A stretch of DNA of 64,000 nt from Ignavibacteria bacterium (GCA_013204605.1 JABMNI010000011.1:16887-80886), one strand, 5' to 3'; shown: positions 31,514 through 42,054, counted from the first letter of the stretch. Notes: a model not told the origin generated them from the sequence alone. Numbers and translations are program-made.

Positions 31514-33949
31514 TTAACGAGTAACCACAACCGTTAACACCGCTTTTTCGGAACCATTGCTTGCAACAATACTATACGTACCGCTGTTCAATGTTCCTGC
31601 GTTCACTGCAACCTGTTGAGGACCATTTACGGCACCATCAAACAACGTTGCAACCGTGCGGCCTGCAGCGTCCACCATTGTTACAGCTACATGATCCTTA
31701 CCGGTAAGCGTCAACGATGATGAAGTAACGATAGGATTTGCACCGTTTAGTCTAAGACCAATAGCTCCCGTTTCGCTCACAACTTCAGTTTCTACTGAAG
31801 TAGCGCTGCTGGAAGTTCCACTTAAGGCAACCTGTGCAGATGTATTAGCGTTCGAGACAAACGTCAAATTGGCGTTCATTGTTGCTTTAACAGTCTTCGG
31901 AGCAAATGTAATTGTCATTGCATGAGTCTTGCCCGGAAGCACTGTAACAGGGCTGCTAGGGGCTCCCATGGTAACACTGTACGAAGATGCATTAATGCCC
32001 GAAATTGTGTAATCTGAAATAATCAGATCAGCATCACCAGAGTTCGTAATTGTCAAATTCATCTCTTTCGTACTGTTTACTTCAACGGTACCAAAGGTCA
32101 AAGACTGGCTGCTCACGGCTAAAACAGGTGCTTTAACACTCGCTGCCATCAACCATGACAGAATTTTCTCAGCATGGTCACGGCGCTTCGCGTCATCCCT
32201 AATCAACTCCAAGCCGTAAGTAGTATAAACTACCCTAGACCCAGAACCCAAGTTTTCATAGCGAACACCGTTGTGCTTTGCTTTGTCGTTATCCGAGTAT
32301 ACAAAAGGTACTGATGTAGAGCCGGCCATTAGTTGAATGATGTCTGAGGCCTGAGTGTAATACGTCCATGCATTTCCACCATAGCTGTTAAGCGATGCAC
32401 CAAAATTGGCACTAATAGGATCTCCAGCTATTCCAGTTAATGTGTACGGTATAAGGGTAATTGAATTTCCACTTACCGTGCTTCTGGAAACAGATGCTAC
32501 ATTCTTGATGCCTAAGACGTTTTGTGTTAATGCGCGGAAACTTAGAAACAATGGGTCTGAATCATATTGAGGATTGGAACTTACACCTAAATCAAGACAT
32601 CCGCCGAACCAAACTTTTTTCCCTTTTGAAACTAAATCACTCAGGGTACTAGCAGCAAATCTCAGATTACCACGGCCATTAAAATCTGTCAATACCACAG
32701 TCACATCAAATTCCTCAGGCGGATAAGCCGCCATCACATCGGCATTCCAAGGCAAAAATGCCGCATCAGTACCATAGGAAGAATTAAGAATTCCATCAGC
32801 ATTGGCATTTATTCCGCCTGAAAAACCAATGTACCCTACGATTTTTGTACCGCTGGACAAATATGATGTAGTGGCTGAATTTGCTTTTGCAAATGGAACA
32901 CCGGCGGGCGGAGTAGCTTCAACAATAATATCGGCAAACCATGAACGATTTGGAGCACCAATACTAACGTTTGCTTTTACCGAACTCTTGGCTGGCACAG
33001 TTACGCTAGAAGGTTCAACAGATACATTCCAGCCACTTGCTGAAATAGTTGCAGCATTACTAATTACCAAATCAACTGTTACAGGCGAATCGTTCGGATT
33101 TGTAACGGTTAACTCGCGAGACTCATTTGCTCCGCGATTGATTTTCGAGTATCTCTCGCCGGCAAAAGTTGGAACCGCACCAATCTCCTGAAGGTTTGTA
33201 CCTGAATTCAATACTTCCTTCGTTGCATTACTCTGTAAAAACGCCACAACGTATTGTTGTCCTGCTGGCCACAAACGACCAGAACCAGCCGAATAAGTCA
33301 TGTCGAACGTTTGATCGCTATTGGCACCGATGTTCAAAGCGGTACCGTTGATTCCTGGCACAAACTTTAAAAATGCATTTGAAAATTCTGATTCTCCGTT
33401 CCAATTTCCACCAATTTCGGTAGCTAAACCAGTAAGCGTTGTATGATAACTGATAACAGCCACACGTAACGTGTGGTTATTCAACGCAATGTTCGAATTC
33501 ACTTTAATAGAAATATTATTTCCAACTACGGTTACTGTTAAAGCCACTGCTGATTTCTTTGCATTGTCAGCATTGAGTACAGTCTGCATTCCAGCTTGGT
33601 TATTAGCCGGATTCAAACTTGTAATACCATTGATATATGCTTGCGGTGCGGAAAAACCACTTGACTTATAATATCCATAACGAGTATAACCGTCTGGATA
33701 CAATGCATTCCAAGGATCTCCGGCAACCGGAATGGGCGTGTGGTATTTAATCGTCAGACAGCCCTTATTAACTCCGAAAACCGCATCCATAGGTGCGGTA
33801 GCGGCTACACATGGGCCACAAGTGGCACTGGTGTATTCCTCTATCAATGACATCCTAGGAAACGAGTTTTGTGCAAACATCGTAGATGTCCCAATTGCGA
33901 TAACGGCTAATGCCACCGCTATCTTACTAAACATGCGTCGCAATTTCAT
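31514..33949 (-). CDS. Multidomain T9SS cargo protein with Omp28-like N-terminal domain, Ig-like domains and T9SS CTD
   Basis: A signal peptide is present. The N-terminal SLIEEYTSATCGPCV resembles the Omp28-related family (xxEEFTGTWCGxCP). The C-terminus (LNSGTYSIVASNGSEKAVLTVVVTR) is a T9SS CTD. Confidence 0.5.
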   Translation of the reverse strand: MKLRRMFSKIAVALAVIAIGTSTMFAQNSFPRMSLIEEYTSATCGPCVAATAPMDAVFGVNKGCLTIKYHTPIPVAGDPWNALYPDGYTRYGYYKSSGFSAPQAYINGITSLNPANNQAGMQTVLNADNAKKSAVALTVTVVGNNISIKVNSNIALNNHTLRVAVISYHTTLTGLATEIGGNWNGESEFSNAFLKFVPGINGTALNIGANSDQTFDMTYSAGSGRLWPAGQQYVVAFLQSNATKEVLNSGTNLQEIGAVPTFAGERYSKINRGANESRELTVTNPNDSPVTVDLVISNAATISASGWNVSVEPSSVTVPAKSSVKANVSIGAPNRSWFADIIVEATPPAGVPFAKANSATTSYLSSGTKIVGYIGFSGGINANADGILNSSYGTDAAFLPWNADVMAAYPPEEFDVTVVLTDFNGRGNLRFAASTLSDLVSKGKKVWFGGCLDLGVSSNPQYDSDPLFLSFRALTQNVLGIKNVASVSRSTVSGNSITLIPYTLTGIAGDPISANFGASLNSYGGNAWTYYTQASDIIQLMAGSTSVPFVYSDNDKAKHNGVRYENLGSGSRVVYTTYGLELIRDDAKRRDHAEKILSWLMAASVKAPVLAVSSQSLTFGTVEVNSTKEMNLTITNSGDADLIISDYTISGINASSYSVTMGAPSSPVTVLPGKTHAMTITFAPKTVKATMNANLTFVSNANTSAQVALSGTSSSATSVETEVVSETGAIGLRLNGANPIVTSSSLTLTGKDHVAVTMVDAAGRTVATLFDGAVNGPQQVAVNAGTLNSGTYSIVASNGSEKAVLTVVVTR

Positions 33950-34221
33950 GCGTTGCTCCTAATTATTAACAAATATATAAATCAAGTTCAAAGTATTACT
34001 GCACAGTAGTTCGGAAAATACCACATCTTTTGACAATCAAAAGCATCGAAAAGTCTCAAAAAGCAAAAAATGAGGCATTTTCTGAGCATTTTCAGCTAAG
34101 GGGCTTGACAATTCGCCTTTGGCATTGTTACATGTCAAGTACGGCTTAACTTATACGCATGTTATCTGGAAGACTACGGGCAACATTTGGCAAAAGAACA
34201 TAAGCAAAATCTGGCGCAAGA

Positions 34222-36069
34222 TTACCTGCGTTTTTTGTTCAAATTCTGATCGTTCTTACCATTCTTGAGTTGTTTCGACTGCCCAGGAATGGACTTACCT
34301 TGCGAACCGGCCATTTCTTGAGCTTCACGCATTTTACGCTGCAGCCAAGATTCTTTTTTCGGCATTTTTCGCAAATCCGCGAGTGTTAACTGTTTCCGAC
34401 TGTATTTGTTGATATACAGTTGTTGGGCAATGCCTACTACGTTGAAGACAAAGTAATATAGGTTTAAGCCCGAAGGAAGGGTCGAAAACATGAGAGTTAG
34501 CATTACCGGCATCATGTACACCATAGCCTTTTGACGCGGATCTGTGACTGCTTGTTTTTGCTGTATAAACAGGGTCGCTCCCATTAATAACGCAAGTCCT
34601 GAGAATTTGTCGATGTTAAACAATGGAAGCTTAAACGGAAGGCTCAGCACCACGTCAGGGATCGACATATCCGTAATCCATACCGGCAAAAATGCAGCTT
34701 GACGAAGTTCAATATTTAAGTTGAGAACAGCATACAAAGCATATAGGAACGGCATTTGAAGTAATAATGGGAAGCAGCCACCTGCGGGGTTAATACCATA
34801 CTCACCATAGATCTTCATGGTCTCTTGTTGCTGCTTTTGCATGTCGTCTTTATACTTCTCTCGAGCCTCATTCACTAATGGTCCAACCAACTTCATTTTT
34901 TGCGCACTCTTCAACTGCGTTATACTTAGCGGGTATAACAAGAGCTTCATTAATAAAGCAAAAAGAATAATCGCAACCCCATAGTTGGCAATACCACTGT
35001 GAATAAATTTCAGGGTGGGCAACATGAAGTATTCGCCTATTGGCTTGATAATCCATTTCCAACCAAAGTTCATTACGTTGGTCAACCCGTAATGCGAAAG
35101 TGTGTCGTATTGCATCGGTCCTGCGTACAGGAGCACTCGGTGGGTTTGTCTGCCGCCGCTATACGGCAGTTTGTACGTTAAATGGTATTGCTCAACATGA
35201 CCTTCATCCGGAGCCCCATAACGGATTCCACCATAAAAAGCGGAGCCATCGAACTCCTCCATCGGTTTCAGCGCTACTAAAAAGTATTTAGTTTTTGTGG
35301 CAATAAATTCAATCTTACCGTTGGCAGATTGTTCAACCGGCACATTAAACTCACTGGCATCGAGCTCATCAAGTTCGCCATTGTACGAGGCCAAGCAGGC
35401 AGCCTGGTTGCTCTCGTCCACAGTACTATGCTCTTGATACCTAATTCCTTTTTTCCATTCAAGGTTAACGTACCTATTCGTCTGCGGAATAATACTCTCC
35501 ATTGAATCAAGAGTCAGCGTGGTTGCAACGTCATATTTATTTCCCGTAAACCGGTAGGAACGTTCTATTATTCCGCCATCTAGAGTTCGCGCCGTGCCTT
35601 TAATTATTACGGAATCTGATCCAGTTACTGTAACTACGTCTTTGTTTGTGCTCCACTCAAACGGAATTGAAACTGCTTCGACTTTCGACCCGTTCATCGT
35701 GCGAAATGAAAATCCAAATTCGCGCGCGCCAGGTTGAATGAGATCCACCAATGCATTCGGGGCAGTCTCCTTGTACCACGGTTGATAATTTTTAAGTTTA
35801 TAGGACGTAAACGTTGCACCGTAAGAACTGAGACGGACGGTGATGAGATCCGTTTGAACAGTCAGCGTTCGTTCGCTTTCGCTAGGCTTAGTGAAAACCA
35901 CCGAGGAGACTTCAGGTTTAACTGCACTCTTTATTGAATCTCGTTGCTCGACTTTTTGCTTAGTTTTTTCGGGAGTGATATCTCTCGTGCTAGTACTACT
36001 TTGCAGGAAAACCCAAACGCCAACGACGGTTGCTATTAAAATTATGCCAATTAGAGAATTACGATCCAT
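34222..36069 (-). CDS. yidC: Membrane protein insertase YidC (long FCB-type)
   Basis: A large periplasmic domain is followed by the 5-TM core with PVMLTLMFSTLPSGLNLYYFV. It is the terminal gene of the rpmH-rnpA-yidD-yidC operon. Confidence 0.9.
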   Translation of the reverse strand: MDRNSLIGIILIATVVGVWVFLQSSTSTRDITPEKTKQKVEQRDSIKSAVKPEVSSVVFTKPSESERTLTVQTDLITVRLSSYGATFTSYKLKNYQPWYKETAPNALVDLIQPGAREFGFSFRTMNGSKVEAVSIPFEWSTNKDVVTVTGSDSVIIKGTARTLDGGIIERSYRFTGNKYDVATTLTLDSMESIIPQTNRYVNLEWKKGIRYQEHSTVDESNQAACLASYNGELDELDASEFNVPVEQSANGKIEFIATKTKYFLVALKPMEEFDGSAFYGGIRYGAPDEGHVEQYHLTYKLPYSGGRQTHRVLLYAGPMQYDTLSHYGLTNVMNFGWKWIIKPIGEYFMLPTLKFIHSGIANYGVAIILFALLMKLLLYPLSITQLKSAQKMKLVGPLVNEAREKYKDDMQKQQQETMKIYGEYGINPAGGCFPLLLQMPFLYALYAVLNLNIELRQAAFLPVWITDMSIPDVVLSLPFKLPLFNIDKFSGLALLMGATLFIQQKQAVTDPRQKAMVYMMPVMLTLMFSTLPSGLNLYYFVFNVVGIAQQLYINKYSRKQLTLADLRKMPKKESWLQRKMREAQEMAGSQGKSIPGQSKQLKNGKNDQNLNKKRR

Positions 36070-36094
36070 ATTTGAAATTCAATTCGTTGTGTAA

Positions 36095-36346
36095 CTACGT
36101 TTTAGGTGGAACCGGATCGAAACCGCCCGGATGAAATGGATTACATTTAACTATTCTGCGAACACCTAACCAAAAACCCTTAAATACTCCGTATTGTTCA
36201 AAGGATTGCGCAACATATTCAGAACAGGTAGGTGAAAATCGACACGATGGTGGGAATAGAGGGGAGACTACTTTTTGATACATCCTAATTATCAGAATGA
36301 ATAGCCGCGGTACAAATCGATGCGCATTGATGCGAGAATTACTCAT
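36095..36346 (-). CDS. yidD: Membrane protein insertion efficiency factor YidD
   Basis: Contains [22 protein letters not shown]. Length is 83 aa. Confidence 0.9.
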   Translation of the reverse strand: MSNSRINAHRFVPRLFILIIRMYQKVVSPLFPPSCRFSPTCSEYVAQSFEQYGVFKGFWLGVRRIVKCNPFHPGGFDPVPPKT

Positions 36347-36738
36347 TTGTAAATTTTCGACAGCACTTGAGCTACATGTTGAAAAACATCCGCCAATCTT
36401 ACTTGGTGGGAATGACCCGGGTTAGCATTCCACATTAAAATAATGTCGAACCCGGCATCATTCTCCGATTCTCGTTTAAATCCCGAATCTCGTGTAATTC
36501 CCAAATCCTGATTAAAAAAGTCCGAGGCTGCCACTCGTAATAGCCTTTTTAGTCTGTTTCGGACTGTGGCTTTCGGACATTTACGCTTGCCAACGGCCAC
36601 TCCTATCCGTGTTTGATTCACACCAGGACCATCACTCAGTTCTCTATAAAACACCATAAGCGGTCCAGAAGTGAACCGCTTACCTGTTTGTAGAACTTCA
36701 CTGAAAGCACTACGCCCCTTCAGTCGCTGAAGGATCAT
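36343..36738 (-). CDS. rnpA: Ribonuclease P protein component
   Basis: Contains [23 protein letters not shown]. Length is 131 aa. It lies downstream of rpmH. Confidence 0.85.
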   Translation of the reverse strand: MILQRLKGRSAFSEVLQTGKRFTSGPLMVFYRELSDGPGVNQTRIGVAVGKRKCPKATVRNRLKRLLRVAASDFFNQDLGITRDSGFKRESENDAGFDIILMWNANPGHSHQVRLADVFQHVAQVLSKIYK

Positions 36739-36750
36739 CTCACTTATGGA

Positions 36751-36897
36751 CTATCGTGCAAAGCCCACGGATACGCGGTGCCTGCCTTTAGCTCGCCTGC
36801 GAGCAAGAATTTTTCTGCCGTTTTTCGACGCCATCCTAGTGCGGAACCCGTGCTTATTAACACGCTTGCGACGGCTTGGTTGGTAGGTACGTTTCAT
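36751..36897 (-). CDS. rpmH: 50S ribosomal protein L34
   Basis: The gene is absent from the ORF track because it is under 60 aa. Manual translation of the minus strand gives [48 protein letters not shown], the canonical L34 sequence, directly upstream of rnpA. Confidence 0.9.
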   Translation of the reverse strand: MKRTYQPSRRKRVNKHGFRTRMASKNGRKILARRRAKGRHRVSVGFAR

Positions 36898-36958
36898 GAT
36901 TAATCAGACTTCAAAATACTGTTATCAAATTCGAATTAGAACAGCAAAGATACGAATA

Positions 36959-37273
36959 TTAGTTGATATTCGTAAGCCCTGGTACTATTGGAGGGTGCTG
37001 ATTGTCGACAGATATCTCCCCGTACTGGTTTTCAAATTTCCCTACATTATCACCCAAGGCATGTAATAGAAGTTTGGCGTGCTGTGGAGTCATTACAATT
37101 CTAGCGTGCACTCTAGCTTTTGGAACGCCCGGTAGAATGCGTGTGAAGTCAATCACAAATTCTGCTGGAGAGTGACTAATAATAGCAAGGTTGGAATAAA
37201 TCCCCTCTGCTTCTTTTTCTCCCAGCTCAATAGTCATCTGCTGCTGCTGCTGGTCGTTTTGATTTGCTGACAT
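36959..37273 (-). CDS. DUF3467 family protein
   Basis: Length is 104 aa. The protein has an N-terminal poly-Q run and a conserved core (VIDFTRILPG...ARIVMTPQHAKLL). Confidence 0.5.
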   Translation of the reverse strand: MSANQNDQQQQQMTIELGEKEAEGIYSNLAIISHSPAEFVIDFTRILPGVPKARVHARIVMTPQHAKLLLHALGDNVGKFENQYGEISVDNQHPPIVPGLTNIN

Positions 37274-37297
37274 GTTTTACCTGTGGTTATTAACCGT

Positions 37298-38800
37298 TTA
37301 CAATTTTGCGCCTTTTTCTTGCGCTTGTTTCATCTTATCATACATTCGAGTTCTTCCATACAAGCCTTCCATCAATCTATAATAGTCTTTGTTCTTGGAA
37401 AACTTTATCTCCAATGCTTCGAGTTCCATTATCAGTCCTTTGACTTTGGAATTCTCTTTACGGACTTCATAGATATTGGCAAGCTGCTCTATGACGACGA
37501 GGTCATCTGCGTATTTCACTGACTTTCGAAGTCGTTCAAAATTCTCAGCAGCCATCTTCAAATCTTCATTATACGACTGATTTGGCTGATACTTTTTATC
37601 CCTATCCATTTTCTCTAACTCAACTCTTTGCTTCTCGCCCGCAATGTTTTTATACATGGCAGCAAGGTTGTACAAGGCCGTTTCGTTAGTTGGATCTTGC
37701 TTAAGTACTATGTTGTATTGTTCAATTGCTTTTGGATTGTCATTCATCGTTGTGAGTAACGTTGCATACTGCAAACGATACGTAATCTGCGTTGGCGTTT
37801 TTACCAACAATTGCTTCAGTTCCTTAATGGCCTCCGAGGTTTTGCCCATATTTTGAAGTAACTGGGTGCGGAGCGGTATGAGCTCGGAATCAGATGGCTT
37901 GATTTTAATAACAACCGTAGCAAACTCTAAACTCGGACCCTCCATACCCTTTTGGTAATATGAAAAGGCGAGCCCCTTCAAAGGCACTACACTAGCCGTT
38001 TTAGCACGCCACTTTTCAGATTCAGCCAAGGTGGGAGACGGGTTGTACGTCCAGCCATCCAACTCCGAATCAGCCCCCTTACCATCATCATAACTAAAAG
38101 TATACATTTGCCTACCGCCAACATCGAATAGATCTTTTATAATTGTGCCAGACCCATCTGCTAGAGTATCTGTCTTAGTTTGCAATGGAGTTCCGAAAGT
38201 TTTAATTACGTCTCCCCTTTTCGATGCAATTGCTAATCCCTTTTGGATCATCAAATCAAATCCTGGTTTCTCAACATCCCACCACGATAAATATGTGGAA
38301 ATAGCCGCAGCCGTGTCCTTTTGGTTTTCTCGAATTTGACCCAACAATGAAATCGGTTCACTAAACATTGGTTTAAGCTCAATTGCTTTTTCGGCGTATC
38401 CAGCCGCCTGTGCCAAATCCTCTGAGCTTTTCGACGTAACGTAATCATTGTACTTGGTAATTGCGCCGTTAAACTGGCCAACCCAAGCATTGTACAATTT
38501 GACAGAAAGTTCAGTGCGTAACTCCGGTTTTAAATTCTCGCAGGTAGAAGCTCTCTTGTACGCCGAAATCATTCCATCGGCATCATTCAGCCGTTGACTC
38601 ACGTCACCAAGCAATACCATGGCTTCGCAATCCGCTGGATTTACCGTTAGTGCACGTTCTAATGCGGCTTTCGCCTTGGTGTAATCCTGTTGTCCTATCG
38701 CTCTTTTAGCAACGGCAACATCCGATGATGCACATTGAAAGCCTTGGGTTATAAGAGCAGCAAAAGCAATCAATACAATTATATGCGCGGGTCGTTTCAT
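37298..38800 (-). CDS. TPR-repeat lipoprotein
   Basis: The lipoprotein signal is IAFAALITQGFQCASS. Multiple TPR-like helical repeats follow. Confidence 0.6.
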   Translation of the reverse strand: MKRPAHIIVLIAFAALITQGFQCASSDVAVAKRAIGQQDYTKAKAALERALTVNPADCEAMVLLGDVSQRLNDADGMISAYKRASTCENLKPELRTELSVKLYNAWVGQFNGAITKYNDYVTSKSSEDLAQAAGYAEKAIELKPMFSEPISLLGQIRENQKDTAAAISTYLSWWDVEKPGFDLMIQKGLAIASKRGDVIKTFGTPLQTKTDTLADGSGTIIKDLFDVGGRQMYTFSYDDGKGADSELDGWTYNPSPTLAESEKWRAKTASVVPLKGLAFSYYQKGMEGPSLEFATVVIKIKPSDSELIPLRTQLLQNMGKTSEAIKELKQLLVKTPTQITYRLQYATLLTTMNDNPKAIEQYNIVLKQDPTNETALYNLAAMYKNIAGEKQRVELEKMDRDKKYQPNQSYNEDLKMAAENFERLRKSVKYADDLVVIEQLANIYEVRKENSKVKGLIMELEALEIKFSKNKDYYRLMEGLYGRTRMYDKMKQAQEKGAKL

Positions 38801-38884
38801 TGTTCCCGAAATGAGTTTGTGGAACTGACTAGAACTGCAAAACTACACAAGACCCCGCATTAGTGCGTACACATCAAGACCTGA

Positions 38885-38959
38885 GTCAGTGCTTGCGCAT
38901 TCGAGCCAACGTCAGTGCTTGCGCATAGGAGCGAACGTCAGTGCTTGCGCATTCGAGCC
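38885..38959. repeat. Three tandem copies of a ~26-bp direct repeat (GTCAGTGCTTGCGCATTCGAGCC[AAC])
   Basis: Direct reading shows copies at 38885, 38911 and 38937. The last copy encodes the C-terminal ARMRKH and the stop of the sortilin-like gene. The other two lie just 3' of it. Confidence 0.85.
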
Positions 38960-41900
38960 TCGGTTTGCTCCCTAGTAGGAATTTGGAGCAATGGCTGGTT
39001 AGCTGCCTGCAAGTCTGAATTCAATTTGGCAAGGGGCTCTCCAATTATTTGCTCGGCCTGCTCAGTTGCTATTCTTACGCGTGATGTAAGAGCCGCCGTC
39101 CTTACTTGCTGTGATTCAGTTGGTTTGCCCATGTAACCATTTACTGACCCATATAACTCTGCCAGTTCTTCGCGCAGTTGCTCTTCGCCCGTTACGAATC
39201 CAAGTTTAGTGTTCACTAAGGCTTTGTTCAGTGAATCTAGTACGGCAAAGACAGACTCACCAGCTGTTAGCAATTCTTTTGAAAGTCCCTGGCGTGACTT
39301 TGCTTCGGTTACCTCTCCAAGGGCATCTTGTATCCGCTTTGTTGTAATTGCCAACTCTTCATTTAGGTTGTACAATTCCCAAACCAAACTCTGTTGAAGC
39401 GCTCGCTCTTGTACAGTATGTCCGTACATCGTATCGGTTACTACCTTTATTTCAGATTGAAAATGTTCTCCATTCTTGTCGAAATGAATAGTGTAAACAC
39501 CTTCTTGTAAGAGCGGTCCAGTGAATGTTCCACCGGCCATAGACACTTCGCTGGATGCAGTCAACGGTGCTGGCATTCGTAAAGGAAGCTCAATACTATT
39601 CAATCCTTTTCTGGTTGAAGCAGGAACCTTTCGAATGGTTTTGCCCTGTGGATCCTGGATAGTAACAGAAAAACTTCCTTTCAAATGACGGTCTTTGAGT
39701 ACATACCAAACTCTCGGAGATCGATCTTCGGAATTGCCCTGGTATTCATTTTCACCCTGAAACCATCCTCCCATGCCACCAATCCTTCTAACGGCAGGTT
39801 TTGTGGGAATAATGTGAACATTGTTTACAATTTCTACGCTTGCGAGCGCTCTCAGAATTTCGATGTTATCGATAACAATTACACCTCTGCCGTGCGTGGC
39901 CAAAACTAAATCGTTATCCCTAGGATGAATAACAGCATCTCTGATGGAAACTTGCGGGACCTCATTCTTGAATGGGAGCCACGAAGCCCCTTCATCAAGA
40001 CTCAAATACAATCCGAATTCGGTACCTAAAAACAGTAACTGTTTGGCCTTTGGATCTTGGCGAATTACGTGTGCATATCCAACAATATCTGTCGACGCAA
40101 TGGAAGAAAACGTTTTTCCAAGATCGGTGGTCTTGTACAAATAGGTAGCCATGTCACCGTGCATGTGACCATCGAACGTTACAAAAAAAGTTTTCCTGTC
40201 GTGCACACTTGGTTCAATGCAACTAACCCACGTGTTCTTGGGCAGCCCCGTTACGTTGCCAACAACATTTGTCCAATTGGTTCCGCCATTCGTTGTGAGT
40301 TGGAGATTTCCATCATCGGTGCCAACAAACAATATCTTTTCATCAAACGGAGATTCTGATATAGTGATAACTGTGCAATGATTTTCGGCCGATGAATTAT
40401 CTAGCGTTAGGCCACCACCATCGGCTTGTTTAAGCTTGCTGGAATCGTTTGTGGTGAGATCACTCGAAATGGTCTTCCATGAATCTCCGCGGTCGGTACT
40501 TTTATGAAGGAATTGCGACCCTACGTAAAGATTACCCGGATTAGCGCGACCCATTGCAATTGGTGTGTTCCAGTTAAATCGGAGTTTTTCCTTGGCGGAT
40601 GGATCTGGAGGTCGTATGCTTTTTGCTTCCTCCGTTCTAATGTTTGTCCTGAACATGTTTCCACCCTGATATTCCCAGTACACCAGTTCAGGTTTTTTGA
40701 AATCTGAGACCACGTGGAAACCATCTCCGCCCCCTACAAAAAGCCAGTCCGAATTTCCGATACCGCGGTTGAGTGTGTTCGGACACTTCCAGGAACCGTT
40801 GTCTTGCAAACCACCGTACACATTGTACGGCTCAGCCATATCCACGGTAACATGATAGAACTGCGAAATTGGTAAGCTATTTAAAAATCGGGCAGATTTG
40901 CCTTTATCATACGACTCGTAAATACCACCATCGGTACATGAAACTATGTGCGCAGAGTTTTTTGGATCAACCCAGATAGCGTGGTGATCACTGTGCGCCG
41001 AGCCGAATATCGTCTCAAACGTTTTTCCTCCATCCTCGCTACGATACAAGTTCAACCCGGTCTTCAAAACCACATCGGCATTTTGCGGATCAACTACCAA
41101 ACGAGAAAAGTAGAATGGTCGTAGTGAACTTGCAACTCCATCGAACACTGAGGTCCAGGATTCACCTGCATTGTCGCTTTTGTACAACGCTGTTTTTTCC
41201 GACTCAACATTCGCATACATCACATTAGAATTTGACGCTGAAATATCCAACGCTATTCTGCCTACGTTTGTGATTGGTAAACCATTAACGCACGGCTCGA
41301 ACGACTCACCTGAATTTGTTGACTTGAAGAGTCCACTGCCTTCCCCACCGGATGAAAAACTCCAAGCGGTTCTTCGCATTTGCCACATGGCAGCCATTAC
41401 GATGGATGGATCTGACGGACTCAACACAACATCTGCGCAGCCAGATTTTTCGTTTGTATAAAGCAGCCGTTTCCAGGTCTTTCCAAAATCCGAAGTTTTA
41501 TAGAGTCCTCGTTCTTCCGAATCAGAAAACAACGCACCCAATACTGCAACATAAACTTCGGCTGGATTCTTTGGATTAATGGCAATGCGAGCGATACGTT
41601 CTGACTTCTCGAATCCCAACATCGACCATGTCTTTCCTCCATCGACAGTTCTGTATAGCCCCTTACCCATAGAAACACTGTTCCGCGTCCACGGCTCACC
41701 GGTACCCACCCAAAGCGTATCGGGGTGTTCGTGGTCAACGGCTAATGCGCCAATCGACTGCGGATGATCTTCGAAGACAGGAGTGAACGTAACGCCCGCG
41801 TTAGTGGACTTCCACAAACCGCCACCAGCCGCACCAACATACATTCGCGCAGGGTTGGTGTTGCAAACAGCCACATCTGAAATCCGGCCTCCCATTACAG

Positions 41901-42054
41901 CCGGCCCTATGTGCCGGGCACGAAGAGCGCCTAGCATGTACTGAGTAAATGTTAACTGAGCCAAAGAATTAACGCTGCCGAAACTTAATAAAATCAGCAG
42001 CGCTATGGAAGTCCTTTTTAGCATTGGTTTATCAGGTTTGTGGTCAATACTCAA
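38938..42054 (-). CDS. Large secreted sortilin/VPS10-like BNR (Asp-box) repeat protein with C-terminal helical region
   Basis: A signal peptide is present. At least ten S-x-D-x-G-x-T-W/F boxes occur (STNAGVTF, TVDGGKTW, TSDFGKTW, SDNAGESW, SEDGGKTF, STDRGDSW, TTNGGTNW, TTDLGKTF, SLDEGASW and others). Total length is 1038 aa. Confidence 0.65.
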   Translation of the reverse strand: MSIDHKPDKPMLKRTSIALLILLSFGSVNSLAQLTFTQYMLGALRARHIGPAVMGGRISDVAVCNTNPARMYVGAAGGGLWKSTNAGVTFTPVFEDHPQSIGALAVDHEHPDTLWVGTGEPWTRNSVSMGKGLYRTVDGGKTWSMLGFEKSERIARIAINPKNPAEVYVAVLGALFSDSEERGLYKTSDFGKTWKRLLYTNEKSGCADVVLSPSDPSIVMAAMWQMRRTAWSFSSGGEGSGLFKSTNSGESFEPCVNGLPITNVGRIALDISASNSNVMYANVESEKTALYKSDNAGESWTSVFDGVASSLRPFYFSRLVVDPQNADVVLKTGLNLYRSEDGGKTFETIFGSAHSDHHAIWVDPKNSAHIVSCTDGGIYESYDKGKSARFLNSLPISQFYHVTVDMAEPYNVYGGLQDNGSWKCPNTLNRGIGNSDWLFVGGGDGFHVVSDFKKPELVYWEYQGGNMFRTNIRTEEAKSIRPPDPSAKEKLRFNWNTPIAMGRANPGNLYVGSQFLHKSTDRGDSWKTISSDLTTNDSSKLKQADGGGLTLDNSSAENHCTVITISESPFDEKILFVGTDDGNLQLTTNGGTNWTNVVGNVTGLPKNTWVSCIEPSVHDRKTFFVTFDGHMHGDMATYLYKTTDLGKTFSSIASTDIVGYAHVIRQDPKAKQLLFLGTEFGLYLSLDEGASWLPFKNEVPQVSIRDAVIHPRDNDLVLATHGRGVIVIDNIEILRALASVEIVNNVHIIPTKPAVRRIGGMGGWFQGENEYQGNSEDRSPRVWYVLKDRHLKGSFSVTIQDPQGKTIRKVPASTRKGLNSIELPLRMPAPLTASSEVSMAGGTFTGPLLQEGVYTIHFDKNGEHFQSEIKVVTDTMYGHTVQERALQQSLVWELYNLNEELAITTKRIQDALGEVTEAKSRQGLSKELLTAGESVFAVLDSLNKALVNTKLGFVTGEEQLREELAELYGSVNGYMGKPTESQQVRTAALTSRVRIATEQAEQIIGEPLAKLNSDLQAANQPLLQIPTREQTEARMRKH

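Noticed and set aside
33950-34221. Possible tRNA or ncRNA in the 270-nt gap downstream of yidC
   Set aside because: I could not fold a cloverleaf, and there is no CCA or T-loop GTTC signature. Only a weak inverted repeat (CTTGACA...TGTCAAG) is present. This is more likely the promoter or operator region of the T9SS cargo gene.
38885-38959. Possible CRISPR array
   Set aside because: The three repeats are directly adjacent with no spacers, and there are only three copies. This is a tandem repeat, not a CRISPR array. No cas genes are present in the window.
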